Source: Mobula hypostoma (lineage: Eukaryota). From it: a DNA stretch of 64,000 nucleotides. The notes below the pieces were generated by a model. The model saw only the letters and a program-made list of their open reading frames with translations, was not told where the DNA came from and ran no database searches. This document shows positions 24,164 to 36,443 of the stretch, one piece after another (position 1 is the first letter of the stretch; the number at the start of each line of letters is the position of its first letter). The stretch lies in NCBI RefSeq assembly GCF_963921235.1, contig NC_086108.1:38876001-38940000 (forward strand), read 5' to 3'. Both the position numbers and the translations under genes were made by a program.

Positions 24164-27010
24164 CTCTACCTTCCCATTCTTCTTTCAGGCCACTACCATT
24201 GGGAACACATAGGGGCTTCGGGATTCGGTGATGATCCCAGCTTCCTTCAACTTACACAAGTTTTGCCAAGCGTCTTCCACCTCTACAGGGACCAGTCTCT
24301 GTGACCGCTCTCTAAATGGGGTGTCCTCGGTCACCCGGATAGTGTGACAAGTGCTCATGGAACAACCCACATCAAACTCTTCAGTGGAAAAGACACCTTC
24401 CAGCTTCAACATCTTCTCTACCAGCCTCCTCTTCCAAACCACAGGAACCAGGGAGTCCCCGAAGTTGAATGACTCAGCGGTCAACTTTCCCCCTTTTTCC
24501 AATAGTTTCTCCCCAGTTTGCCTCACAGGGACACTAGACATTACCGTCACTGGGAACAGATGCACCAGGGGCATCCCCCGCTTGAAGGTGACCTCCCTCT
24601 TCGTAGTGTTCCTGATAATCACTGCCATCCTGTGTTCCTGTACAACCGAGGGCAATTCTGCAATTCTGGCCTCACCAGTACCCCAGCAGGAAATCCCGAC
24701 TCCCCCTCGTGGTCGTCCAGAGCATGCACTAAGAGGGCTTTGCCCTCAGGCACTCTGGAAATTTGGGGGTCCCCATCACTCTCGCTATTTCCCCGGGGCG
24801 TACCACCATCGGCTTTGTCTGGGTGAACCACACAGTCCTTCGTCTAAATTCAGTATCTGGCCTGATGCAGCCACACACTTCCTCAAAAGCCGCTCAAAAC
24901 ACTGGGTGCACGGACAATGTTCCCAGAAAGCTCTCGCCGGCCTTCTCCCTGCAGGCCCCCATAAGCCTCCTCACAAGAGGGGTGTTGGTTCCACCAGAAT
25001 TGAAACACTGCCCATCTCAACAGGGTCCGGACAAACCAGCACCAACTGTATCAAGAACCTCAGACACTCCCACACCGGCCTCCGAGAACTCCAGTTTCAC
25101 TGACAAATAACCGTCCGATCGATAATCACCAGCACTGAGACCCCAAATCTCCAGTGCATTGAATGGTGTCAATGGTAAATGCTTCAGATACCGGTTGTAA
25201 AACGAACAGTACAACAACATGACCTGCGACCCAGTGTTGAGTATGGCTTTAGCATAAGTACTCTCTATCCGTAGCGACACACTGGAGCATGGTCCCACTA
25301 AACCTTCAGGAATTGGGCCTTTCGCTTTCAGGGATTCCTTTGTACATTGCTGGGAACATGTTCCCCCAGTGACACCAGGCCGTTCCCTCATTGGGTCTCC
25401 TCTAAGTTTTCCCAACAACTCTCCCTGCTTAGGTACCCGGGGGCTCACTCTCCTTCTAGTGTGACACCTGCCAACAGCCCCTCCACATTGTTCGTCCCCT
25501 TGAGGAATCTGTTCCCCCATCAGCTCCATCAAATGGGGGTGTCACACCTGCTGATAACAGCTGACATATCTCCGTTCTCAGCTCTGGACAATCTCCTCTA
25601 CCACTCCCCGGGGTAGGCTATCTGTGGTTACTTCAGGGGACTGCTATGGAGGACTGTACCCTGCTTTTGGAGCTCCTAGCTACGTGATCCATTCTTAACT
25701 GATCCACTTTAGCTGCCTGAATGACCCCTCTGCGCTACAAGCAATTTAGCTGCCTCTCTAGCTGAAAAATGTAAGCAGAAAGCATCTCCCCTTCTCCTGA
25801 CGCATGTTCTGAAACCCCACCATAAGCTCCAGTGGGCTTCCTATTGGGCAAAAAGCATTGTCCAGTGCTTGCATGTAATTGACAGCTGTTGCTACGGATA
25901 CCGCAACCTGACAGCTCTCACAACGTCAGCAGCCCACCCACTCAAACTCTCAACCAATCGCTGTCGCTTTACGCCATTAGAGCATTGCCACTCATCTAAC
26001 AACTGAGAGGTCCGCTCCGCCCAAGTCTCATGCTCCTCCTCCCCTCTAGAGGTGGGTGTTATTCCAGAGAATAGGCAGAGCCTGCCATAGCTGGGACTTC
26101 GAACCTGGGCATTTTCCCATTTATTCGCCAGAGAGGTAAGAGCGAATACTAACTCAGAATTCTCACTCTTCACTGGGGGACGTGGACTAATTAGATATTC
26201 TAAATCCGACCACTCCTTCCCCTCACTCCTCAGAAAATATAAAACCCTGTCATTGAAATCTCCACCCCCTCCCAGCTACATCTACGTCAAAGCTGGTCTG
26301 CATTAAAATGAGAGCTGCGCCCGCCACTTCATTAAACTTCCACCCCGCAATTGCAACTTTAATAGTACTTAACAGGCAAATTAACAATTCATTCCACTGG
26401 TTCAATGCTCAGGGTGATCACACAGCATCCAATGAAATCAATCCCGGACAAGCCCCCTCAATTGTAACTCTTGGTTCGGCTAGCGGCTTAATCTAGGGGA
26501 AGACAGCCCTTGGCCCGGCCAAACTTAAGAAATCTTGTTTGGGTGGATGCTGCGATGTGTACCCTGTTACAAATCAGTACCCCGAAATAACAAACAGTAC
26601 ACGATATTCGATTAAATGATTGAATTTATATAATTCTTAACTTGACTAGTAAGGAAATAAAAAAAAAGAAAAGGGCCCATTCTCATGAAACAGTTTTATG
26701 CGCAATGTTGGAGCTCACGGTTCAGCCCGTTGGTTTCCCCTCGACCTCCTCCAAGCGTAGCTGACCCTCGGACCCTCGCTCCAAGTCCTCTCCGTCCGGT
26801 GGTCTACCAACGCTCTCTCTTTGCGTCTCCTCTCCTCATCTCTCCCCAGCAAAAGACTGAAATCCCTTCTCCCAGACCCACAAGAAACAGCAACATCCCT
26901 CTTATTGGATAGCCCTACATTCCAAAGCCCTGTTATCCCTAGACATAACCCAAACATTGCTGCTACAGGGAAACCATTACCTTAGCAGTGAAACCTCACA
27001 GCACATTACA

Positions 27011-27290
27011 CTTGCAAATTTCTTCAAACTCCTTGAACTCTCTTCCAGCTTAAAACCAAGCCACATTTCGCAAGTAACTGCCTGGTGAATACATCAGTTT
27101 TCTCAGATATGTTGCCTGCCAAAATTATTGCAGTCAGGCCACTGCTTTCATCACTTCCACATTTCTACTGAGAAGTATGGTCCTTCCTTGATCCAATATG
27201 CTTTCCAACCAGAGGCACCACGGTTGGCACCAACTCTTGCTTACCCTCTGTTGGGCAATGGTTCATGGTGTACAGCATGGAGACAGTTTT
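27011..27290 (-). pseudogene. RBM25: RBM25 processed fragment, 5' part
   Basis: LVPTVVPLVGKHIGSRKDH..*...GNISEKTDVFTRQLLAKCGLVLSWKRVQGV*RNLQ joins the 3' part exactly once the Gypsy element and one CTTG TSD copy are removed. The 5' junction is uncertain between about 27235 and 27290. Confidence 0.88.
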
Positions 27291-27859
27291 GCATCATCCA
27301 ACACCTTTCCTAATTCATTTTTAGTTGACTTCACTGTAGGGAGTGTGACATGTAACTGGTGGATGGATCTCCAGTTAAGTTGTAGCTGTCTCAGCCAATC
27401 ATGTCCCCACAATGCTTGTCCTCCCATTTTTACCACATACAGGCTCAGTGTGGCATGTTGGTTGTCGTATTTCACTGACACGAATGCTGTTCCCACAGGA
27501 GTTATCTTTTCTCCAGTATAACTTCTTTGTTCAAAGGTATCTTGTGGAATGACTGTAACAGCTGACCAAGTATCCAATTCAATTTTAATTAAATTGCTGT
27601 TCACTTCTAGTGTAAGCCATATTGCTTGTCTATTTTTAAATTTCACATTATAAATCTCAAGGCTAGTCGGTCCTATGTCACTCTCATCATTATCAGATGT
27701 TTCATCAACAGCATGCAGATTAGTGCTCCTTTTGAAACTGTAACTCGACATTTTAGCTTTTTCTCTTCCCTGAGCAGTCTATTTATTTTTGTCTGCCCGG
27801 CACGCTCTTTGTATGTGTCCTATTTTGTTTAATTTCTTGCTAGTTTCATCGTTCGATCT

Positions 27860-30800
27860 CTGATGATCTATTCTGGTCCCAACATATTGATGCAGCTATA
27901 AAGAGTTTGAAGAGATTTGTCATCTGAAAAACTCTAAAATTCCTACAGATGTATCGTGAAGAGGATTCTGACAGGCAGCATCACTCTCTGTTATGGTGGG
28001 GGGGTGACTGCACAGGACCGAATTAAGCTACAGAAAACTCTAAAATTACTCAGCTCCATCTTGAGCACTAGCCTCCATAGTATGGAAGACATCGTCAAGG
28101 AGTGGTTCCTCAGAAAGTCGACGACCATCATTAAGGACCCCCATCACCCAGGACATGCCCTCTTCTCATTGTTACCATCCGGAAGGAGGTACAGAAGCCT
28201 GAAGGCACACACTCAGCGATTCAGGAACAGCTTCTTCCCCTCTGCCATCTGATTCCTGAATGGACATTGAACCTATGAACACCACCTCACTTTTTAAAAT
28301 ATATATTATTTCTGTTTTTGCACTATTTCTAATCTATTTAATATACAGAGTGTTAAAAATACACTTGGACTAAGATGTTAACTGTCCTGTGCTATCACCA
28401 GTGGGATCATCAGTTGATTTGCCACCTGTCTTCAGGAGTTTCGGCCCGCTTATGATCAAGACTCCCTCGAGGTGGTGGGCCAGCAGTGCTAAAGCACCAC
28501 CTCCCACTGGTGAGCTTAAAAACTTGGCATCTGCCTCTGTCAGTCACTTCCATCCAACAGAAAGTCTGCTCTTTAGGTGTCTATGCAACTACTGAAGGGT
28601 TTGCAAAAGATATACACACTGTCTGACTATCTGCCCCTCTGGACATACTTGGTCCATACCCATGCTGGTCCTTTCTCTGCTGCCTCAGCTACAGCCCTGC
28701 TGGTTGACTTGATCTCTCTTCTAGTGAAGCCAAGGTCATGCAGCCACTTCTGGAGAGTGAATACAATAAACCCACGGCAGCCTGCTTCGAATGGATAACA
28801 TGAGACCTTCCACCCTCTGTCTCTGCACTCTGATCTTAATTCTGCATACTTGGTTAACTTGCGCTCACGGGCTTCATCGATGTTGTCTTCCCAGGAGACT
28901 GTGAGTTCACCAATAACCACTTCTCTACTGGTGTCAGACCATACGATTATATCTGGACGCAATGTGGTGAAAGCTATTTGCTTCGGGAAACTGCCTTTCC
29001 CATCCAGGTCGGCCTTGACACACCAATCATTGGCTAAACAAAGTATGCTTGATCGTGATCCTGTGCTGTACACCCTTGACTTGGAGCCTTCTTTCACAAA
29101 TGATATGCAATGTTCTGTGCAACATGGGGCATGAGATAAGTTGTGCTGCAGTACTCTCTGCTCAGCCGCTTCTGTTACAACTTTGAGAACATTGTTATGT
29201 CTCCAAGTGTACATGCCGCTGGAAAGATTGACTCTGCATGCACTCAAGATATGTTGAAGTGTTCCCTTCTCGCCACAAGCAGCACACCTGTCTGTCTTAT
29301 CTTCATACCAGGTGCTGAGGTTGGTAGGTGTTGGGAGCAGGTCGTACACTGCTCTGCATAGAAAAGAGATGCGGAGTGGTTCCATCTGCCACAGAACATT
29401 CCAAGATAGATGTCATTGTTCAACACTTTCCCACCAGGTCCAAGCCCCTTGTTTGGCCAGGCCAGCTGTTTTAGTTAACCTCTTCTCCTCTTCTACCTCT
29501 CGTATTTCTTGTGTTACAAGCTCACGGCGCTCCTTACCTGTAGAAGATGACCACCACTTGTGGGTTGTCCACCCAAGTCCCTGGCGGCCTCACTGGATAG
29601 CCCCAACTGTCTCCTTGTGGTTCAATCTAGACTCTGCCTCATCAACTGCTACATGGGCTGACCACTTCCTGCCTGATCTCACATCCGGCTGGGTGTTCTT
29701 GATGACAGGGTCTTTTGAGTCTTGAAGCATCAAGAATGATTTTACCTTGGCTACCTTGACCTCCTCAACAAGGGATTGCACTGGGATGGTAAGCTTTGTC
29801 TGGCTACTGTGGATTGCAACATTGGTGAGGCTGCTTGGTACTCCAAGCCACTTCTTCACATACTTGTTGATCTTCCATTCCATTGCCTTAACATGGGACA
29901 TTGCCACTTTATAGACAGTTCGTGGCCACATTATCCATGGCATCAGTCCGTATTGCAAGCACCACAACTTCAACTTGCCAGGCAAGCCACACTTGTCAAC
30001 AGACATCAGACCTCTGCTGATCTGTTCTCCTGTCTCTTGAACCCTCTTGGTGTCTCTCAGCTCCTCTGTGTACCATCGCCCGAGGCTCTTAACTGGTTGG
30101 TCCTGAATAGATGGAATCTCCTCTCCACAAAGGATGAAATGAAAGTCAACCAGCTTTCCTCTCCTAAGAACAAGGCTCCTTGACTTCTTGGTCTTGAACT
30201 TCATTCTTCCCCAATCCATTAGCTCCTCGAGTCTAGATACTATAGTACATTTTCCACTGCCTCCGTGCTGCGACCCAAAAGGGTGAGATCGTCCATGAAC
30301 ACTTGTATTGGTGGTAACTCCCCTCCGCCATCAAGTGCGACACCTGGTCCCACTGATTCTGCAGCCCTCACAATGACCTACGTGGCTAACACAAAAAGGA
30401 TGGGTGAAATCGCACATCCCATTGGGATTCCAACATAAAAGCTCTGCCACCTAGTTGTAAACTGCTGAGTGGAAAACCTCATCCAGAAATCATTGTAGTA
30501 ATACATAACAAAGTTCCTCACCTTAGCAGGAATCCATAGGAATTCCATCGCAAACTCAATCAGGACATGGGGAACAGAACCATACGCATTTGCCAGATCA
30601 AGCCAAACTACAGCCAGATTTCTTCTCAACCTTTTTGACTCCTGGATGGTATGCCATATCATACTAGAATGTTCAAGGCATCCTGGGAAGCCTGGTATTC
30701 CTGCCTTCTGCACAGATGTATTTACTAATCCATTCTCTATCACAAATAAAGATATTCTTTCTGCCAGAATGCCAAACATAATCTTCCCCTCTACATTCAG

Positions 30801-32108
30801 GATTAAAATTGGTCGGAACTGATTCAATGTAGAAGAATTCTCTTCCTTCGAGATGTATACTCCTTCAGCCTCACTCCATGACAAAGGAACAACACCTTGT
30901 CTCCACACCACTTTTAGCAATTTCCACAAGTATTTCCTCAGCTCTTCACACTTCTTGAACACCTTATGCGGCACTCCATTTGGTCCTGGCACTGAGCCTG
31001 ACCTTGCCTTTCTGATTAACCGTTCGACTTCTGTCAATTTGGGTTCTGACAGATCGAACTTCACTCCTGGCTTGGTAGGCTTCACAGGCCCTGAAATATC
31101 AAGCAAAGGAGCCTCCCGCTGTTCGTTAGAGTAAGTGCTTGCCAGGTGATCCTCAAGTTCTTGTTGAGAGATGTTAATCTGCCCGCTCTTACTTTGTTCA
31201 AACTGTTTCTCTGTGAACTCATGAGGGTTCTTAAAGAACGACTTTCTTGCCTTCTCTCTCTTCTTTCTCTTTATGTTGTGACTCTGCATGATGGAGTGAT
31301 GCTAACTTTATTTGAAAATGCTCTCGGAGATCAGCAAGCCCTGGCTTGTCACCCTCACTTGCGACCTTCCACCTCTGTCTCAATGATCTAAGCTGTCTCC
31401 TCAACCTAACAATCTCCTTCTGGCGCCTGCTTGGTTGCTGTGTAGGCTTTGCTTTCTTCAATTCAACCAAACCAAACCTGTACTTTCCAACATCGTAAGT
31501 CATATCGCCCATCACTTCCAACTTTCTCTTTGATGTTCTCCTGAGAGTGTTCTCCAACATCATACTGATATCCTCATAAAAAACATGCCAAGCCTTCTCA
31601 TCTGCCATTGTTGGCCACTTGACCTTCCTCTTCTTCTCTACCTCCTCACCACCACCATCATGCGAAGGATCTACCTGGGTGCTGTGGTCTGAAACCTGAC
31701 CTGGGTTATCTTTCTTCTGACCTGGAATATGATGACTCTCTCCAGAGCGAATCGCTGTGGCTTGTGAATCAGTGGTTGAAAAGACCACATCATCTGTGCT
31801 TGGTGAAGTAACCTCATCTTCATCCACTGGGATGGAATAGCACCTCAACTTTGCTTGGTGGACTCGTACACCTTTAATGCTGGAAAACGCTCTCCCACAC
31901 CAACACACTGGACACTCAGAGCCTCTTATTCTAGCTCTTGGTTGTAGTCGTTCCCTGTAATTAACTGTATCCATATATACATGTACTGTAATTGAACCAT
32001 TTATTTATTTCATTTCTTCCTTTATTATCAGGTATTGCATTTTCCTGCTGCCGCTAAATTAACAAATTTCATGACACATGCCAGTGATAATAAACCTGAT
32101 TCCGATTC
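27860..32108 (+). mobile_element. L2/Rex1-type LINE 3' fragment (27860-28347 plus 31975-32108) split by a HERO-like element
   Basis: IIKDPHHPGHALFSLLPSGRRYRSLKAHTQRFRNSFFPSAI*. The 3' UTR resumes after 31975 and ends taaacctgattccgattc. Confidence 0.8.
28348..31974 (-). mobile_element. R2-group (HERO-like) non-LTR retrotransposon: ZnF, RT, CCHC, restriction-like endonuclease; frameshifted
   Basis: CWCGRAF..VHQAKLRC; VVWLDLANAYGSVPH; GIPMGCAISPILF; FMDDLT; CAAC..HILSAC..WRHN; RPDIIVW..IGELTV..RKLTKY. Probable TSD atataca at 28341-28347 and 31975-31981. Confidence 0.9.
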
Positions 32109-32725
32109 AATCTCCATTGGTCTGGTGTATATGAGCCCCTGCCACAATGGCAACACAATTTGCTCGGCCCAGCCAGTTTCTGTTTAGACATTGCAATTTT
32201 GTTCACGGTCACTTTCATTCCTAACTGCCACTCAATTGTGCCTCTGTCTGTGGTTTTCATTAATACAGCTATTTCAACTGCTCCTTTAAATGTAAGTTGT
32301 GTTTCAGTTAGGAGATGTTTTTGAATGCTTTCTTGTCAAATTCCACAAACTAAACAATATCTCAGTACATCATTAAGCCCATTGCTGAACTGACAATGGC
32401 TCAATTTCTTCAATTCAGCCACGTATGGTGAAATGGACTCCCCCTCTTTTTGATTCCATTTATGAAACCTAAATTTATGAAACCTAAATTCTGCATCACT
32501 TTGACAATATCAGCAAAGCTCATTTTGGATGGTTTGGTTGGAGAAGTTAAACTTTGGAGCATGCTGTATGCCTTTAAATCTAGTGCAATCAGCAAAGTTG
32601 GCTTTTGGCTATTTCATTTGATTAAAAATACTGTTTCATTAGCTCAGTATACATGAGCCAGTTATTTCTTGTGGAATCAAATGCACTAATCTCCCTGATG
32701 TAGCCAGCCATTTCTGCTTTTTTTT

Positions 32726-33672
32726 AATCAAATCAAATCAAATCAAGTTTAATTATCATTCATGGATACAGCTGAACAAGACAGCGCTGCTCTGGGTCCC
32801 AGGTGCATAACATACATTCAAAATTGTGAGAGAGAAAAAAAAACACACACACACATTTTATGCAAGAAAACACATGTATAATCCAAGTCACCGAGTGACA
32901 TGCAAACTAATGGTACAGCTCCTGGCACTGGAAGGCAGCACTGACAGGAGAGGCCAGCTCCTAACTGAGCACAGACTCCAAGCTATACCGCCTCCAGTGT
33001 CATCTCATCAGGTCTGCAGCAACTGGCAAGCCCGTTTGAGACCTTGTCCTTGCTACAACCAAGGCCATGCTGCTGCCTCATTGCCTGTATCACCACCAAG
33101 CAAGGGAAACAGGCCTGTGGCATCTCAGATTATTAATGTCTAATCGCAAGAGAAATGTCCAAGACAATCACTCACGGTTACACTGCACGATACTTTCGCG
33201 TACCAGCTCTGATATCTTTAAGTAACAGGCAGCATCCAGGTCAGCTCCTCCGAACCATCTTTGGCCTGCCTGCTGGCTTTTCCTTCTCCCGGCCCACCCA
33301 GCAGCTTCTTCTTCTCCCGGGCAACTTGCTGGCTTCTCCTTCTCTCATCTGACCATTGGCTTCTATTTCACCCAGCCGAGTGCTGGCTTCTCCTTCTCCG
33401 AATTGTCCACCAGCTTCTCCTTCTCCCAGCTGAGTGCCAGCTTCTCCTTCTCTGACTAATCCGCTGGCTCCTTCAACACCCTGGCCGGCAGCTCAGAACA
33501 ACGAACAGATCACTGATGTGGTAGGTCAGCTGTATCCATTGTTTTTGGAGTACAATATAGTCTTAGGACCATAAAAAACATATTTTTAAAAGAGAAGTGC
33601 ACCTTTGGTTGGCCTTCAAGAGGCTGCAGCTTTCGATTGTGCTGCCATCTTACCAGACAGGGAACTGGCAAG
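32726..33672 (-). mobile_element. Non-autonomous LINE-derived element with (TTGAT)n tail and internal tandem repeats
   Basis: (atcaa)4 run at 32727-32746, AAGATGGCAGC 5' motif near 33650, cttctccttctccc tandem units at 33265-33470; interrupts the leader of LTR element A. Confidence 0.6.
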
Positions 33673-34024
33673 ATTTATGATTATTATCACCCAGTACTTA
33701 CTCTTTATGAACCCGTGAATTCTTCTGTTTTCTGACTTAAAAAAAAACTTGATTGTGCCTTCCCTTCCGAAAAATATTTGCTGTGCTACTTTGTTTTTTA
33801 CTCAACTGTCTCTGCATATGCTCACTGTGCTTTTCTCAGTTTGAACATCTCTCTGCGCTTCTACAGGTCAGTGGTCGTCTTGGGTTTGCTTTAAAAATAC
33901 CTCGTCACCAATGATATGTTTTGTAACTTTGAAACATTAAACTAATTCAGAGGACGACACGGGAGTCCAAAATGTGAGCCTACCCTTGTCTTTTATTTTA
34001 AGTGAGGCGCGTGCATATCTTGTA

Positions 34025-35658
34025 CAGATTTCCCCCGCCATCCGAAGGTAGAGCGTTCCTATGAAACAGTTCGTAAGCCAGAATTTTGTAAAGCGAAGAA
34101 GCAATTACCATTTATTTATATGGGAAAATTTTGTGAGCATTCGCAGACCCAAAAATAACGTACCAAGTCATGTGAAATAACACTAAAAACCTAAAATAAC
34201 AGTAACATATAGTAAAAGCAGGAATGATATGATAAATACACAGCCTATATAAAGTAGAAATACTTTTCCACGATCATTACTGAACTGTTTGCCGTACCGA
34301 AAATCTCACGCAAGTGCCGTCGGCAGAAAATCTGACGTAAGCGCCGTTGGCAAAAACATGGTGCAAGCACTCTCCAGTAACCTTTAAGCTATGAAGCTGC
34401 CAAATCATACCAAATAACACGTAAAAATACACAGCCAATATAAAGTAGAAATAATGTATGTACAGTGTAGTATCACTTACGGGAATTGCGGCAGCGCCGA
34501 GCACACTGATGATGTGTTAGGCTGAGTTGTCGCAGGTTGGAGTGGTGCAGTGGCCCCACCCTCCAGGCTGTCGACCAATACATTGCCGCGAAGCACACAG
34601 GGGTCCAGCGGTGGCCGGGAGGCACACAGCACATCTTTAAGAAAAAAGCCGAAATAAACAAGCTAATTAATTAGGTGCTGCCCGGCATGTAATTGTCGGC
34701 CCAGATCAGTGCCAATTGCCGATTGCGTCGTCTCTGATCTGGGCCGACAATTACGTGTTAGGCAGCACCTAATTAATTAGCATGTTTATTTCAGCTTTTC
34801 TCTTAAAGGTGTGCTGTGTGCCTCCCAGCTACCGCGCATTCTCTGCGAATCAGTATCTGTCCGTGGCCTGGGTGTTGGGGTGGTGGGACACTGGGGTGTT
34901 ATCTCGTCGTCTGCTTCCATTAGGGCAGGCAGCTCATCTTCTTCTATGTTTGTCTGCCTCAATGTCGAAGGTCGAGGTTCGTTGTCTGTTGTGGCTGATG
35001 TGGAAGTCTTGCTTGACTGCTGAACCTTGCACATTTTTCTATCATACAGTTCTTTGTAAGCACTCAAACCATCCTGCAAATATCCCCTAAACCAACGTAC
35101 TCTTTCAAAGTTAAAGTTGTACTTTATCATTGAGCGAAAATCTCACGCAGTTGCTTCACGTTCAGTTCCTGGACGACTTCACTTTCGCTACTGAATTCGG
35201 TTTCGATTGTTATCCTTTCCTCTTCCAATTGCATCAGCCCTTCATCTATGAGTTCTTGGTCATGGGATGCCAAAACCTCTTCAACATCATCTTCGTCAGC
35301 TTCCACAAGTCAAACTCACTTAGTCCTTACTTCGTTCACCACGATCGAAATGCTTAATTATGTCTAGCTTTACGCTAAATGCAACACCCTTATGAGCTCT
35401 TTCAGGCTTTTCTGATAACCTTAGAACTCATCTTGCGAACCACTGCTCACAGGCACGTGTTCAAGCAATGCTGGCGAGAATACCGTTCCGAATCCGGGCG
35501 AGAGCGGCTGCTCGGGATGCACTCTGCCTTTTATCGCGCGCTGCTTTTTTTTCGTAACAGTGAAAACACCTTCTGAAAGTGAAAACAGGGTACTAATGTA
35601 GGTCTTTCATAACAGTGAGGTTTCGTAAAGCTAACGTTCGAAAGGCGGGGGACACCTG
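34025..35658 (-). mobile_element. Internally deleted Tigger/pogo DNA transposon
   Basis: TA TSD; TIRs CAGATTTCCCCCGCCATCCGAA and TTCGAAAGGCGGGGGACACCTG. HTH start (VKLDIIKHFDRGERSKD) is fused directly to the C-terminus (LASHDQELIDEGLMQLE...YKELYDRK); DDE core missing. Confidence 0.88.
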
Positions 35659-35888
35659 TAGTATGATGACGTATGCAATTCACGTATTTATACATATAAC
35701 CTGTAATGAATTATTTAAATGAAAAGGAAATGAATGTTTATTCTCTCTCTTTCACACACAAGATTACTCAAATATTATGAAAATATCAAATGCACAACAG
35801 TATTGGTCCATGGCATAAAAAAGTTAGGAATCCCTGCTCTAGCTAGTCCTCATTGTAAGGAGCATCATCAACAAAGTGAGGAATTATA

Positions 35889-36443
35889 CTCTCAGTGACT
35901 ACTTTATTAGGTACCTCCTAAGTGCACGAGTGAATGTTTGTGGTCTTCTGCTGCTGTAGCCCATCCACTTCAAGTTTCGACCTGTTATGCATTGAAGTAT
36001 GTTCTTCTGCATACCACTGTTGTATCTTGTGGTTATTTGACTTACTGTCAGTTTCTTGTCAGCTTGAAACAGTGTGGCCATTCTCCTCTGACTTTTCTCA
36101 AGAACAACGTATTTTCACCTGCAGAACTGTCACGCACTAGATGTTTTTGTTTTTCCCATTATTCTCTGTAAACTCTGGAGACTGTTGAGCTTGAAAATCC
36201 CAGGAGATCAGCAATTTCTGAGATCCTCAAACCACCCTGTCTGACAACAACAATCATTCCACAGTCAAGGTCACTTAGTTCACATTTCCTCTCCATTCCG
36301 ATGTTTTGTCTGAACAGCAATTGGACCTCTTGACCATTTCGGCATGCTTTTATACATTAAGTTTCTGCCACATGATTGGCTGATTAGATATTTGCATTAA
36401 TGAGCAGGTGTACAGGTGTACCTAATAAAATGGCCATTGAGTG
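35889..36443. mobile_element. Non-autonomous Tc1/mariner element
   Basis: TIRs CTCTCAGTGACTACTTTATTAGGTAC and GTACCTAATAAAATGGCCATTGAGTG. Minus-strand remnant ADKKLTVSQITTRYNSG..LKWMGYSSRRP (Tc1 HTH). Confidence 0.8.

Larger units (their letters stand above)
19296..27010 (-). mobile_element. Gypsy LTR retrotransposon B, two LTRs, PNMA-like gag, decayed pol
   Basis: LTRs 19296-19851 and 26463-27010 (TGTAAC...TTACA); 4-bp TSD CTTG; tRNA-Pro-like PBS GGGGGCTTGTCCGGGAT at about 26442-26460; PPT at 19852-19872. gag YGRLCLFSG..RQRLVESL, PR AILNTGSQV, RT YPDDLLVF, IN HDDSGHFG..C..C..MDFL..DHYTRYA. Confidence 0.95.
18303..35799 (-). mobile_element. Old Gypsy-type (K02A2.6-like) LTR retrotransposon A with pol largely replaced by RBM25 sequence
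   Basis: LTRs 18303-18552 and 33912-35799 (the latter split by Tigger); 5-bp TSD GTATT; PBS-like TGGTGACGAG at about 33901-33910; PPT at about 18553-18566. gag MAGYIREISAFDS at 32711, protease IELDTWSAVTVIP in 27263-27751, integrase tail RFYPTRIKKNPPEQLNL at 18690-18885. Confidence 0.88.
18256..35836. mobile_element. hAT/Charlie-like MITE split into 18256-18302 and 35800-35836 by an LTR insertion
   Basis: Termini CAGAGGTTCCC and GGAATCCCTG; 8-bp TSD ctctaggt/ctctagct. An uninterrupted related copy sits at about 61413-61485. Confidence 0.8.

Noticed and set aside
18890..27290. Functional nested RBM25 gene antisense to CRB1
   Set aside because: In-frame stops, a frameshift, partial coverage, and a Gypsy element rather than an intron interrupting it.
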